Origin: Camelus dromedarius | Taxonomy: Eukaryota | Assembly (NCBI RefSeq): GCF_036321535.1 | Contig: NC_087437.1 | Coordinates: 18,664,001 to 18,728,000 of the forward strand | DNA: 64,000 bases | Direction of reading: 5' to 3' | Shown: piece by piece, positions 24,784-40,247 of the stretch | Position numbering within the stretch: position 1 is the first letter of the stretch | Layout: each line of letters starts with the position of its first letter | Notes under the pieces: generated by a model | What the model was told of the DNA's origin: nothing | The model's database searches: none | The model's input: only the letters and a program-made list of their open reading frames with translations | Translations under genes and position numbers: made by a program

Positions 24784-26188
24784 TATATTTAGATGAACAG
24801 TGGCTGTATAAAACAATACTTCCTTCTGGGAATTCACACTGATATATAATTAAAATCTAACCATGATAGCATATAGGTTGGGAGAGAAGTGAACAGACTT
24901 GAAGAGTTCTAAAGTTCATGCACTGTTTGGGAAGATGATAAAAGTACCAATAAACCTTAGACCTGGGAAAATCCAGTATGCAAATTGTAATCTAGTGTAG
25001 CCAATAAAAGAATGGGAAAAGCTGTATGATTTCCAAATTAATAGGAAAAGTTATTTTAGCATTTCATTAACACTGGTGAGAAAATAATGGAAAAAAGAAC
25101 ACAAAGAAAGAAAATCTAGGAAAAATAAAATTACATAGTAAGATGGTTCATGTAACCCCAAATATACTGGCAATTACATTAAATGTACATTGGCTGTTTC
25201 AATTAACAGGTAAGTACTGTCAGAGTGGATTAAAACAAAATAAAACTACATGCTAGTTACAAGAGAAACACAAGAATTCCAAAAGACTGCAAGAAAAAAA
25301 CACCATGCAAACACTAACCAAATGAAAGCTAATATATATTATTAGTCAAGTAGACATTAAGGCAAAAACACAGTATCAGAAACACAGTGAACACTTTAAA
25401 ATAATTTTTAAATGCTTCAATTCACCAGGGATATAAATCATCTCTAAATTTGGATGCGTCTAATAATATTGCTTCAAACTCTATAAAATAAAAATTGACA
25501 TAACTAGAATAGGCAAATTCAAAATCACAGCAGGGTATTTTAATTTATCTCTTTTATAAATGCTAGGAAAATCTCAGTAAAGATTTATAAATATAAACAA
25601 CACAGCAGAACTGATCTAATGAACATAGGTAAAACATCTGATCTAATAACTGCAAAATATGGATTTTTTCATGTGTACACTGAACATTCATAAACTTGAT
25701 CATATGGTGAGTCATAAAAAAACTTAGTCCCACAAATTTGAAAGAATTGAAATCATGCAGATATGTTCTCTGAATGCCATCTAATCTAAAAATCAATAAG
25801 AAAATGATAATAAGAAAATCCATGTGTATTTGGAAACTGATAAATATATTTCTAAGTAACCAAAGGTCAGGAAAAAACCAAAATAGAAATTAGAAAATAT
25901 TTTGTATTGAATGGTGATGAAAAGACTTCATATCAAAACTTATGGGATGAAGATAAAGACTGTTACTATAAAGACTAAGACTGATCAGCTAAGCAACCAT
26001 CTTATAAAATTATAGGAGAGGAATAACAGCAAATTGAATCCAAAGAAAGTAGAAGGAAAGAAATAATACAGATAAGAGGAGAGCAGAAAACAAGCATACA
26101 ACAGAGGATCTATAAAGTAAAAAACCAATTCTTTGTAAAGACTGATACAATTGAAAAACCTCTAATGAGCCTAAGAAAATAGACTCTA

Positions 26189-26350
26189 GTGTGCTTAGCA
26201 CGCACAAGATCCTGGGTTCAATCCCCAGTATCTCCATTAAAAGATATATATTTATATATACACACACACAAACACACATACACCTAATTTTAACCTCCCC
26301 CATAAAAAAAGAAAAAGAAAAATTCATATTAAAAAAAAGTCCCATAAAAA
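26189..26350 (+). mobile_element. 5'-truncated tRNA-derived SINE (vic-1-like)
   Basis: B-box GGTTCAATCC, (TA)/(CA) microsatellite middle and A tail; imperfect TSD AAGAAAA(T)AGACTCTA on both sides. Confidence 0.8.
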
Positions 26351-27406
26351 AAGAAAAGACTCTAACCAATACCGAGAATGAAAAGAGGACATCTCTACCA
26401 TTCCTGCAACATTAATAAACTCTTAACACATGGATTGATAAAAATAAATTTGAAAATATAGATGAAAGACACATACCTAGAAAATCACAACTCTTCAAAA
26501 CAAACACAGTAAGATATAAAAATCTGAATATACCTCTTGGCTAGGAAGGAAATTAAATCCATATCTCAAAGAAACATCAGAAATAAGGTCACTGGCAAAA
26601 TTCTATCAAACTTTTAAATAAGAAATAATGCCAATCTTGTCTTATAAGGTCACCAAAACCTTGATAACAAAACCTGACACAAACCATAAAAGAAATTTAT
26701 GAGCCAATCCCACTGATGAAAATAGATTTAAAAACCCCACATGAAATATTGGCAAGTCAAATCCAGCAATATATAAAAAAGATAATACATCACAATACCA
26801 TTGGGCTAATTCCAGCAATGTAAATTTGGTTTATATTTGAACATCAATCAATATAACTCACCAAATGAGAAAAACCATATGATCCTCTTAGTAAAACGCA
26901 GAAAATAAGTTGATAAAATTCAGCATCTCTTTATGATGTTTGAAAAAAATCCCTTGGGAACTGAAGCATGCTTTGTTAACCTGGTAAAATATCTAGATTC
27001 CAAAGCAAACATCAGATGTAATACTGAAGATTTTCCTTTTTAGACCAGCAAAAGGAAATTGAATATTGAATATTGAAAATTGAATAATTGCTTCTATTCA
27101 ACCTTTTATTGGAATTCCTAACCAGTGTAGAAGGGCAAGAAGAAGAAATAAAATGAAGGGAATGGAAAGGAAGAAATAAAGCTATTAACTATTTGTGCAT
27201 GATATATGCAAAACCAAAATAATTTCTATAAATAGTTAAGATTAATAAGAATATTTGATATGTCTGCTAAATTCAAGTATCAATTGTATTTCTATTGATT
27301 GTTCTAAAATTTTAGTTAGAACTATTAAAACACAGGTTGCTTGAGTCCATCTCCCAAGTTTCTGATTCAGTAGTCACGTTTAGGATGGGGCTCAAGAATT
27401 TGCAAT

Positions 27407-27570
27407 CTTTTTTTGGGTGGGGGCTGTGGGGAGTTAGATTTATTTATTTGCTTGTTTGTGTATTTGTTTATTTACTTACTTATTTATTTATTTGTGGTAC
27501 TAGGGATTGAACCCAGGACCTTGTGCATGCTAAGCACATACCCTACCATTGAGCTATATACCCTTCCCCC
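27407..27570 (-). mobile_element. tRNA-derived SINE (vic-1-like) inserted in a MER5A-like element (~27300-27647)
   Basis: SINE on -, TSD CAAGAATTTG on both sides; the flanks rejoin as MER5A-like TCTGATTCAGTAG...GGGACCACACTTTGAGAACCACTG. Confidence 0.8.
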
Positions 27571-27873
27571 CAAGAATTTGTATTCTAATTAGTTTCTAGG
27601 TAATGCTAATACTCCTGGTCAGGGGACCACACTTTGAGAACCACTGCTATAGATCAACAAGAAAATTTAATCACTTACCCAGGAAATCTAACAAAAGATA
27701 GACGATGCTCTCCATAGAAAACTGTACATCACTGTGGATATAAAGAGGATCTAAATAAAGGATACTCCATTATCACGGATTTTAAGAGTCAGTATTCTGA
27801 AGATGTCAATTTGCCCCAATCAAATTTGTAATTTAGTGCAATCCCACTTAAAATACCACATTTGTTTTCTATG

Positions 27874-28160
27874 CCTGTCTGTTTTGTAAATAAGTTCATC
27901 TGTATTTTTTTAGATTCCACATATAAGTGATACCATGATATTTGTCTTTCTCTGTCTTAATTTAGTATGATAATCTCTAGGTCCATCCATGTTGCTACAA
28001 ATGGCATTATTTCATTCTTTTTTTATGGCTGAGTAGTAGTCCATTGTAATAACCTATAATTAAAAAGAACATATATATATAAACTGAAACACTATACTAT
28101 ACTCCAGAAACTAACACAACATTGTAAATCAACTATACTTCAATAAAATTTTTAAAAATT
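27874..28160. mobile_element. Short 5'-inverted L1 3' end
   Basis: L1 3' UTR on - (~27874-28027) fused to the L1 extreme 3' end on + (ending AATAAA/A-rich); direct repeat TTTTCTATG at 27865-27873 and 28161-28169. Confidence 0.7.
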
Positions 28161-31100
28161 TTTTCTATGGGTTTTTGTGCATCTCAACACAAAAATGAAA
28201 TATATATTTAGGCATCATTGATAACTGAGTAAAGAGCATGGACACTTAAGACAGACTCCCTGAGTTTGAATACTGGCTCCTATTTTGTGACTGTTGACAA
28301 ATTACTTAACTTTCTGTGCCTCCGTTTTCTCATCTGTAAAGTGGGAAAGACCAACTCTATCACATAAGATTGTTAAAAGGATTAAATATATATAGTTCAG
28401 ATGCATGTCTAGAACATACTAATTAGTATGTATGAATTTAATAAACAAGTAAATTAAAATAAAATAAAAATAGGGAGATGAAATCTAGTGGATATCTTCT
28501 AGAGTCCAGAAGCAGACTCATGCATATATGAATAGATGGTTTATGACAAAGGGGGATATATAGAACAGTGGGGAAAGAAGGATTATCTTTCCAAATAAAA
28601 AAACACTAGGAAAAAATACTTCACACTATATATAAAAAATAAATATATATTTTAAAATTCCAGGTAGGTTATAGATCTAAATGGGTTAGGCAAAAATATA
28701 AAGCTTTCATATGACATTCTAGGAGAATATCTTCATGACCTTGGGGTAGAGAAAGATTACTTAAATACTACATAAGGGGTATTAACCATAAAGGAAAATA
28801 AAATAAATTTGACATTAAAATTAAGATACTGTGTTATCAGAAGAAACATAAGGCTTTTATATATATATGTATATATATATAAAAATACAGAATTTCACAT
28901 AACAACAAAAAAAAGGCAAAATTTATAAAACCCTTCCTTAAAACAAAAACAAACAAACCCCCAAAATGACAGGTAATCAAATAAATGGACAAAGGACTTA
29001 ATTAAACAGGCAATTCACAAAGGAGAAAATCCATAAGGCCACAATCAAATATGAAAAAGCAATTTAATCTCATTATTAATCAGGGAAATGCAAATTAGTT
29101 CACAGAACGGCTAAAATTTTTTAAATGTTTGTTAACTGGATGTTGGAAGAATGTGAAGCAATAAGAATTAAGTTCTGGGGAAAAATAAATTGATATAACC
29201 ACTTATTTTAGCATTACTTGGCCAAAATAAAGATATGCATAATTCTATGACCCATCAATTTTAATCTTAAGTATATACTTCCAAAGAAATATGTACATAT
29301 GTGAAACAGGGGACAAAATATAATTATTACAGCAGCATCATCTGTAATAGCCTCAAACTAGAAACAATCTGTATGGGTCCCAACAGTAGAAAGGATATAT
29401 AAATTATAGGGTATCCATAACATGGAATATTGTACAGTGATGATAAAGAATGAACTGGAGAGAAATGCAACTACATGATTGAACCTTAGAAACACAATGT
29501 TGGGCAAAAGCCTGACGGTTGCTCTAAAAGAAGAGGTGGTGATTACCTTGGCAGAGAGGGAGTCCTGACCAGGGAGGGGAACTTGTACAGTTTCTGAGGT
29601 GTTGACAACGTTCTTTCTTGACCTGTGTGGTGGTTACCTGGATGTCTGCTCTGTAATATGCTGAAATTATTTATATGTGTAATTGTTTTATGCACTTTTC
29701 TCTATGTGCCATTTTCTACAATAAAAAAGGGGAGAAGAAAGTAAGGCAGGTAAGGTTTGAAAGGCCAAACTTCTGAGTGCTAAACCTGGGCTTTGTTAAA
29801 AGAGGAAAAGAACCAGGAATTCCAAAAATCTACCAGTTACACATTTTTAGAGTAGGAATAATCTAGAAGGTAATGTCAGTTTACCCATCATTGGAAAAGG
29901 AGATAAAACTGCCACCAATACTGAAAGAGGAAGAGGCTCCAGGATGATACAACTGGGGTTTAGATCCTACCTGGATCCCTGAGAAGAGGCGCAGCATCCT
30001 GGAGTGGAGGAAGAGGCAGGTAAAAATAAACAACCGTTGATCCTGCTAACGCCCATGAATCCTGCTTTATATACCTTGTAGCTTCCTAATCTGCTCTTCC
30101 CACTACCCTGTTACCTAGCTCCTATTTGTCCTTGAAGACTCAGCTGGCAGGCCCACTTCTCCAGGAAACCGCAGCCCCTGCTCCCTCCCTTCTAAGAGCC
30201 GCTAGTCCCCAGTAGTCAGGGTCACGTGGTACCTCTCTGCTGGCCACCTCACGGACCAATCTTTCACCTTCTGCAGACAAGTGACCCCTGCATTACAGGC
30301 TGCCTGGCTGTATGTGACCTGGTGCTGACAGTCGGGGTTATGGGCTGGACAAGGTGAACTGAGAATGTACTGGAAGTCAGGACACAAGGACAGATCTCTG
30401 GAAGGGGCTTCCCTTCCTGAAGTTCCTCCCTTCTAGGCCTTTGGGAGAGAGGGGAAAGCAGGAAAAAAATTGAGATTGCCTCTGAGTTGGGACTCAGCAC
30501 ATGTTCCCACAGGCACGGTCTTAAACTAGCCTCTCCCCATCCTACAGGAGAGTCGGAATGTTATTACCAATTCCATCTTACAAACATGGAAGTTCAGACA
30601 CTGAGAATTAAGGTCACAGAGGCAAAGCTGGATGGCAAATACTGGCCTCTGCAGCCCAGGGTCTGCCTATAGACATGAAGAGAATACTTAGGAATTACTT
30701 GTTCAACAAAGTCAACCTTTGTCTTCTCAGAGCTGGGTAGACACAGACTCAAGTATGGAAATGTACAGGGTTTCCAAAATCCTGTTTGGGGGAAACTTGG
30801 GTAAGGAACAAAAGACAGGGTGCCAAGGCATTGGGTGACCATCCCCCACACAAGGAGCTGTTCCTGCAGCCCAGACCCCTAACCCACCCTGGAGGTTGGC
30901 TATACTCTGCCTTCCACCTCCACCTCTCTGGCTCAGCCAGAGCCCCTGAGAACCAGAGACATGCAATTCAGCAAGTGTGCAGGGTGCACCTGCTAGGAGT
31001 GCTCAGCAGCTCCTGAGGGCCTCCAGCAGAGGGCAGGGTGGTCAAGAGGCATGCTGGCCTCAAGTCCAACACTGCCTGGGGAGGTTCATTTCCCGTTCTC

Positions 31101-31799
31101 GCTCTTGAAGACACTGGCATTCACTGATTTGGCATATATTTACCAAGGCCCTCTATGGGCTGAGGAGACCCCTCTGGAAACAGTGGTGCCCACTTCTGCC
31201 TGATAATGCTCATCACTCTTTCACACACCTGATCCATGACCTTGTGTGTGTCATGGTGGATGGCTATTGGACAAAGATCCCTAAACAAAACTGTCTTTTT
31301 ACAGTCCTATTCCTGGAACTCTCACTGAGTCTAGAGCAGCCCGGGGAATGGTCAGTTCAGAGCTTAACTCCCATCATCAGCTGAGTGATTTCCAAGAAAC
31401 TGTGCTCTGAGCATCTGCCCAATGGAAAGGAGCTACAAAGTGCCTACAATCTGGCCTTGGGTACCAAGTAACTGAAGGGACATTCTTCCAGACCTCAAGA
31501 TACCTCCCAGAGGTACGGAAATTTGGTGAAGGTACCCTCTTGCCACAGGCTCCCAATAATGTCCAAGAGGCCTCCCATACTGCCTAATGGGGCTGGGAAG
31601 CAAGGAGAGAAGTCACGGGAGAGATTGTGAGCTTCAGCCTATTCTGGAAGTTGGTCTGTCTATTGACCTGGCCATTTCTTCGAGTCCCAGTGCCAGGGTC
31701 CAAAGGCCTATGCTGCCCATAAAGAAGAGGCCCACATATCCCAAGAGCAGCCAAAACCAGCTCATCCATTTATTTGACTGAGAACATTAAGGAGGACAA

Positions 31800-33130
31800 C
31801 AAAATTAAACAATCTTTAATAAAATTCCTATAGAAAACCCAGTCGCCGGGCAAATACTCTTTTCCATGTCACAGAGGATTGAGAACTCCCAATAGGCTTT
31901 GGAGAATAAACAGTAGTTTTGCTGGGTGTTGCCAGTACTCAGAAAGAGCCTCCATTTACACATTCAAACCAGTAGTTCCTATTGCACATATTAACATTAT
32001 CTGCCAACTAGCACCCTAAATATATGGTACCTCAACAAATAAATTAAAGAATTCCATGTGGCATGAAACATTCAATTTGAACTAATATCCTTGAAAAATC
32101 ACATTATTACAAGTTTTAATAAATACAGTAAGAACAGCTGGCATTTTACTAAAATACTGAATTTTAGGTCTGGAGTTTATTCCATAAATAGTTTCCTTTT
32201 CATCTGCTTTCTGTCTTGGATACATTTGCTCAAGTATTATGCTCTATGAAGTGAACTCTTTCACAGACACCATGTAAAAACTGTATTAATATGTGCCTCA
32301 TTACAGAAGCAGCTGGAAGAACTGGATCATAGAGTCAACTAAAAACTAACTCAGGAAAAAGCTCTGATTTGTAAAACTTTAAAACACAGGCTGAAGAAAA
32401 CCAAAATAACATCTTTTTATATAGAACTCCCACTAGAAATTTTATAAATATATATGCAGCATATATATTAGATTTGCCTCACCAGTAGATTTTTCAGCAA
32501 GTCTGCCTGGGATGGTGCTATCACGGTAGACAAATATCAACAAAAGAATTAATGTTTCCACAGGTTTAAAAGATTTCTTTTGAAAAATAATCATAATTTC
32601 AAATTATATTATAATTTGAAGTTTACACAATTTAAAAAGGGAAGACAGATAGATAGCTTTCTTTTATGCCTCACTGGGGAAGTAAGGACAGCTACCACTC
32701 CCCAGGCATGAATAAGCTGGCTGAGTGATAACACTTGGTCACAATATGAAAAAGAAGTATTTACACCTTTCTGGAAAAGTACCAAATACTTAAAAAAAGA
32801 AGAAGAAGAATAAAAGAAGAAGAAGAAAAAGAAAGAAAGACAAAAAACAATCTCTAGTAGCATTCCTTGGCGTGCAAAGTCAGCAGGAAATGATTATCCA
32901 TAATGTTGACAGTTTTCATGATGAGTCTTGGAAGCATTCAAAAAGCAGAGGGTGGTCATCAGGGATTGTTCAGATTAGATTTTGTGGGCTGCCTTGTTCT
33001 TAATTTAACTCTGGGTTCCAGGATTTCATTCCCTTTATAACATCTCTGGCAGGGTCATGTTCAATTTAGTGCAAGTGCAAAATGAAAACTAAACGAAACC
33101 AACAAATACATTAGGAGCAAAGGCTGATCG
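31800..33130 (-). other. PIK3CB: PIK3CB 3' UTR (end uncertain)
   Basis: Follows the TAA. Candidate minus-strand PAS: AATAAA 32181-32176, ATTAAA 32120-32115, and ATTAAA 31820-31815 with GU-rich sequence downstream. The UTR could be longer. Confidence 0.6.
32792..32848 (+). repeat. A/GAA purine-rich low-complexity tract (UUC-rich in the PIK3CB 3' UTR)
   Basis: Direct reading. Confidence 0.8.
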
Positions 33131-33373
<243 letters not shown>

Positions 33374-33647
33374 TCAAGCAGTGTACCCCATGTTCTTGTT
33401 TAAACACCATTTGCAGGAGGCAGAATGAATACCAAGGTATGGTGATAACATGACCCCTGCCAAAGAATTTTTAAAGACAAAATGAATTTATGATTACTGC
33501 AAGACAACTACTCAGCCGCCTGCCACCACCACTACTGGGTAAGAATCATCTCATAGGAAATTACTTTGTTCCATTCCCTTTGAACATTTGAAAGGTATAG
33601 CTGAGCTCTATGCCCACAAAGTCCAACACTGAAAGAAAAACCATTTA

Positions 33648-33785
<138 letters not shown>

Positions 33786-34872
33786 TTAGTTGACGCAGCA
33801 ATCACAAGAGTAGGACATTAGAAGGGAGACAGCAAATTTTAATAAAGGAAAACAAGAGACATAACTAGACTTTGCATTGAACCAAAGGTTCTTTTTTGAT
33901 TTTCACTTCTTTCAAAGTTGTCCCAGGACTAAAATTAAATACATGAAGCCCTCTAAAATCACATGTATCTTTTCAAAAACAAAGCTAAATAGAAATTCTA
34001 TGGTAAAAGGTAATGTAACACAATGTAGGCTTTTTAATTCAATGATACAAAAATTAATTATAAAACAACTAGTAATTATAAATCCATGAGGATTTCTAAA
34101 CATATTTCTAGATTCTAGATTTGTGGTTTGACTCCAGAGACTTAATTTCTTTAATAGACCCCAAATCAGTATCCGTGCTTTTGCACTGCACCTTCTTGTC
34201 CTCTTGTCTTCCCCTACTCTCCTCTTCAAGATGGTCATTCAAGAGGACTTCCCAATCCTATGTTCCTAATTTTGCTAAAGAGAAAAATGGACCCAGAGAT
34301 ATAGTCTCAGAAACCCAGGCAGAACTGGAAATCATATTAGCAATCAGTGGTAAGATATGATATGAGTTGGTCACATCATATAACGTATCTTTAATGATCA
34401 AAATAGCCTTGAAATTTAATCATTTTTGTCCCTATTTTAAATGAAGAAACAAAGACCAAAAGACAAATAATGTGCTTGGAGACATACAAACAGCAAGGAA
34501 TAGATCAGAGACGACAAGGTCTGTCCTGAGCCCTGGTTCTCCTACTATACTTCACATAGAATGACAGTAAAATGCCTATCCCTCTCAGCATCTCACTAAC
34601 AAATGTCTTAACAGTTTCAAGAGAATTTTCTAAGACAGGTAAAAGACAGTATACTATTGGAATACAACATGGTAATTTACAAGTTTCTAGCATTTTGTTT
34701 CTCTTGTCTGAACCAGAACATGGATCTGACAGGCAAATTCCCCAAAAGCCTCCTGTTAGCAGACTGAGTACCTCTCTAATCTAAATATACTTTTCAGCTA
34801 AGAAATGCTAGTCTAGCTGGTCAAATATGAAAACATTACATGTGTTTACCCTTGACACCAGGGCAATACTTA

Positions 34873-35037
<165 letters not shown>

Positions 35038-35937
35038 TTAATTTCTTTTCTTTTCTTTTTTTTTTCTGATGGGTTCCAAACAGAAAGGCAAGGCCTCAAG
35101 CAGTCCTAGACCCCAAAGCACTACATCCAATGTCACGTGAGCCCTCCTCTCTTTCAAAACCTACTGGGTCACTTGGAAAAGACTGTTTCTGACGTTCGTA
35201 AGTTTTTATACACAGTAATAATCCTGATATTAAACTGCATATCCCAATGGGAAAGACGAATTTTTAAAAAGAAAAATACATCCAAATAATAAACATGTCT
35301 GATTTTAAAAAGTCAGACAGTTCTACACATAGAAACAAAATAAAAAGAGTACATCCTTGCCCCACCAGTTCCTTCACCACCTTAAGTGCTACCATTTACA
35401 GGTAACTTCTCCCCACTCTTTCATGTGTTTTTCCTGATATTTGCCACCATTTTTCTAAACAGTATGTTTATACTTACTTATTACTTCCTAATTTTGGATT
35501 ATTATGGAAGGTAAGTATTTAGTACTCTTGTACCGAGGTAATGCAACACAATACAGCACATTATAACATAATTTCTGGTAAAATCAATATTCAGTGTACA
35601 TACTGTTCACACTATGTGAATACATTTTAAAGCCAAGCAATGTGGTAGTGGTATATAGTATGACTACATTTCCTTTTTCGCTCATCTTTTTCCCTGACAA
35701 AAAAAAATTTTTTCTTAGTGTTCTATGATCTGATCATTAATTCTTCCCAAAATCTTAGAAATCTTAAAATCATTTTAAAACAGTTTTCCCACGGTCAGGT
35801 AACCTGTAAGTGCCTGTCTGGGCTGGCTGTTCTGTAGGCCTGCCACAGAACCATCATCCTGGGCTCAACCTTCGCCCTTCTTCCATCGGGAGTCCCCGTT
35901 TCTCAAGCCCCACGTTACATTCTCTTTTAGTTTAGAC

Positions 35938-36167
35938 CAGGCTTTCTCAATACTGGCACTACTGACATTTTGGGCCCAATACTACTTTGTTGTGAGGTTC
36001 TAGCTTACACACTATAAGAAGTTCAGCAGCATTCCTAGCCTCTACCCACAGTAGAATACCCACCCCCACCCCAGTCACCACCCCCACGCCAGTCACAACA
36101 ACCAGAAATGTCTTCAGGCATTGACAAATGTCCCCTGAGGGCAAAACCACCCCACTGGGAACTACCA
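35938..36167. mobile_element. hAT-Charlie MER20
   Basis: MER20-like body; 8-bp TSD GTTTAGAC / GTTCAGAC; internal ~18-bp tandem duplication at 36061-36096. Confidence 0.8.
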
Positions 36168-38798
36168 GTTCAGACCCTTATTTTGATGGATGCCCTTATT
36201 CTGGCCTCCTCCTGAAAAAAGATGCAGAGAAGATACAGTTTTTGAAACCTTGTTATATTTGAAAATGTCTTTATTCTACCTTCATACTTGACTGAAAGTT
36301 TGGTTATAGAATTCTAGGTTAGAAATCATTTTCTCTCAAATTATGAACCCTAATTTCCATTGTCTTACAGTTTCCAACACTGCTACTGAGAAGCCAAGTC
36401 TTTCTGGCTCCTGAACCCTGAGTATGCGGCCTGCGACGTCTCTGGGCAGGTTTTAAGACATTCAGCTTATGCCTGATACACTAAAATCTCATGGTGAAGG
36501 GCCTGAGTAAGGGTCTTTTCATCCACTGTAAGGGAACTTCTGAGCTCTCTGGACTGAATATTCATGAATATCAGCTTTGGACAATGTCTCTGTATTACCT
36601 GCTTGATAAGTTCCCTCCTTGAGTCTTATGTGCTACCTCCTTCTGTAACTTTTATTAGGGCAGATGATGAACCTCCCTGGACTGATTCTCTATCATTTCT
36701 GGATCCTCTTTCTTCTATTTATTAGATATTTTGGATCTTTTGGGGATATTAAAGGGCAATATATAGCATGGTGCCAAAAAAACAGAATCTGGGCAAACTG
36801 CCAGGATTTAAATCCTGGTATGTCCACTTTCTGTTGTGTCAATTTTTTTTCACCAGTAAATGGAAATAATGTTACTACTTACTCTGTACAGTTGTCATAG
36901 GATTGAAGGAGTTAACATATATCAAGAACTTATATAGAACAGTGCTTTCCACAAGTTAACAATTCAAGAAATGTTAGTTGATCTTTAATTTACACTACTT
37001 CTATTTTAATTTTTAAATTTGTTTCTATTCTTAATTTCCAAGAATTCTATTTTCTGATTTTTAAAAATAGAATATTACTTCATAGATGCAATGTTTTTTT
37101 GTTTGTTTGTTTTTATTTTTCAATCATTCTCTGTTTACTGCAGTTATTCTGTTTTCCCAGAATTCTTTTTTTTACCCTTTTGGCTTCTTCTTTTTTTTTG
37201 GTCATCATCTATATTTATTTCTTGAAAAGGATTATCGAATCAGACATTAGATGATACCTTTGTGACCAAGAGTCTCAAATGGATGTGGCCTTTTGGATTC
37301 TTTTAGTCTCTGTCTTTCAGACATTGAGGCTTCCCTCAAATGTCTAATAATCCTTGGCTGACCATTCATATTTAAGAATAAGTCACTAAAAAGATGAATG
37401 AAAATTCTGTGGGCATGGGTAGTATTGTTGATCAGTGGGCTTCCTTGCAGCGTGACTGTCAGAATCTGTAAGTCTTTTCACTGGAAAAGGATTCCAATCA
37501 GATTCTCTTGAGAAAAACCATCTAGTATCCTGTAAGAGTGGGGATTTACACTTGGTCGCTAGTGTTTCTGTAGCAAAGCAAGCAGAAGTTGTTGGGAACC
37601 ATGCCATTTGGCATGCCAACCTTCACTTCATCCCTGTTTTTAACATGGACCTTACCCTTAGCTTCTGTAGAAGCTGCTTGTCCATGAGTCAGAAGAATTG
37701 GTTTCTTCAGAGAATAAATCTTTTATCCCCTTCTTGGAGTTGGGAAGGAGACATGAGCATCTAATTGCTCCATATATTAACTGCCAATCAACCCTGTTTT
37801 CAGCCTCTTCCCCTTTCCCTACCTTTAGCAGCACCTCATGCCTCTGATTTCAGAGCTCTTCTCTGGCTGACACACCCTTCTACAAGAAGCCATTCTCTCA
37901 GCTCCTCTAAGTCATTGCCACTTTCCCACTTTGTTTTCTCTCATCCCAAAATCTGTCGATATCTTTCATCACTGAGGCCCCTTTTCCTATTATCTTTGAC
38001 TTGGATTTACATATTTCTTATTCCTCAATATCATTTTAGAAGGGCGTCAGGAAAAAATGGAGAAAAACCTATGTTTCAACCTGATTAACCAGAAGACTGA
38101 GGGCATCCTTTTAAGTGTGAACACAAGGTTCAACTCTCAAAGCCCAAGTCCGAACTGCCCAGATCTCCGAGGAGGTATAAAACTCTGGGCCCCACCCCCA
38201 GAGCCAGAGTTCACATAATGACCTAGAGACTCTTATTCTGGAATGCCTCTAGTGTCAGGGAATTCCAAGGGTGGCTAAACTGAAAAATTATCCCAAATTA
38301 TTTCATCTCTTTGCTTACTATAAAAGAATTTACAAATAAAAGTCACTCTGAAGAATAAGAAAATTTTCATTTCAAAACTAAGAGCTTCTTTATATTAAAT
38401 AATCTGGTCTAGTCCCCCAGGTTGATAGTACCAAAATGATATTACTGATATTCCATTTCTCTCTACTCCCATATATGATTAAATTTGATATTCTAAAAGA
38501 GAAAATGGCTCAAGTAGGGTCTGTCTTAACTTTCTATTTTTTTTACCTCTGGTTATCTTCTTTAAAGTTAATATATTCTGTACATTATCTGTTTTGTCTA
38601 CTCTTAGGTACATATGTGTCCCAAATGTAGTTTCTTATATTGAAGGAACAGGTCACTTTTAAATGACCACAATAATTTTTTAAACACTTAAATAAATGCT
38701 TATCACCTAACTGTAAATGAACAAACCAATATATGAAGCAAATGGTATATGAAACAATGGGTGGGAAATAAAAGGCAAAGACATAACTCAGAGAATCA

Positions 38799-39095
<297 letters not shown>

Positions 39096-40034
39096 TTAAT
39101 GTGAGGAGAACTGCAAAACAGAACTGCCAAAACCATATGAGCAGAAGATGCTGGATCAGCCAACAGAGGGAGGAGGATCACCAGAGGAGCAGGGCAGAGA
39201 GGAGTCAGCAGGCTGGCTCAAAGACATCAGACACCTGGATGTCAGCCATTCAAACTGCTGTGTCCTGGGGGTCATGTTTCAGTGGGGACGGGGGTAGGTT
39301 CGTGTGCACAGTAACGAGAGGACATCAGCTTTGCTGGATGATGCTGGGCTTTGGACCATTTTTGTCGGTTTTGACCAAAAACTAGAATTCCATATTTAAG
39401 AGTTAAGTATTGCAGTTCCAACCATTTAAGTCAGTGGCTTAAATCAGAAGTGAGTAATACAGACCCTTTAGGGACAAGGTCTGAAAATCAAAATTTGAAA
39501 ACTAATTCTCACATACAAGTTCTTGGATTTTGCCGATGAAAAAACTTAAGTCTGACTTCAAAGTCTTTAGCCAAAAATACTTGCAATATTCTCCCCTCAC
39601 TGTGAAATTCCTTAATTTCCTATGTGTTAGGGGTTTTCCAACACAATAACCATACATAACACAATTCCTAGTGCTGTACTTTACAGTTTGGAGAGCTCAG
39701 TCTACACACTCATTCATTTCTACTCTAAAAATCTACTGAAAACTTACTTAGGTTCATAGATTCACATAATGACAAAAGTTCATGCACTTAAAAAAGGTAC
39801 ATTATGTTACTTTTAAAATTATTAGATTTTTTGTACTGCCCAGCTCTGAAATTTGATTTCGATGAAGCAGAATTCAATGCTAATCATCTGCAGACTTTAG
39901 GGAGGCCAATTTGTCATTTTGATCTAATCTGAAATGAAGCAACAAATAACACTAATGTTTCCTCTAGGACACTGATGATTCTAACTGAGAGAACAGTCAT
40001 TTGTTTGGCTGTTTGTTCAGAAGAATGATAATCA

Positions 40035-40247
<213 letters not shown>

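Larger units (their letters stand above)
23270..29730 (+). mobile_element. Long, old L1 remnant (5' region, ORF1, ORF2, 3' end) carrying nested insertions
   Basis: A-rich + strand with collinear decayed L1 landmarks (ORF1-like ~24000-24400, ORF2 EN/RT-like ~25200-27900, C-terminal and 3' UTR-like ~28500-29725); no intact ORF. Confidence 0.75.
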
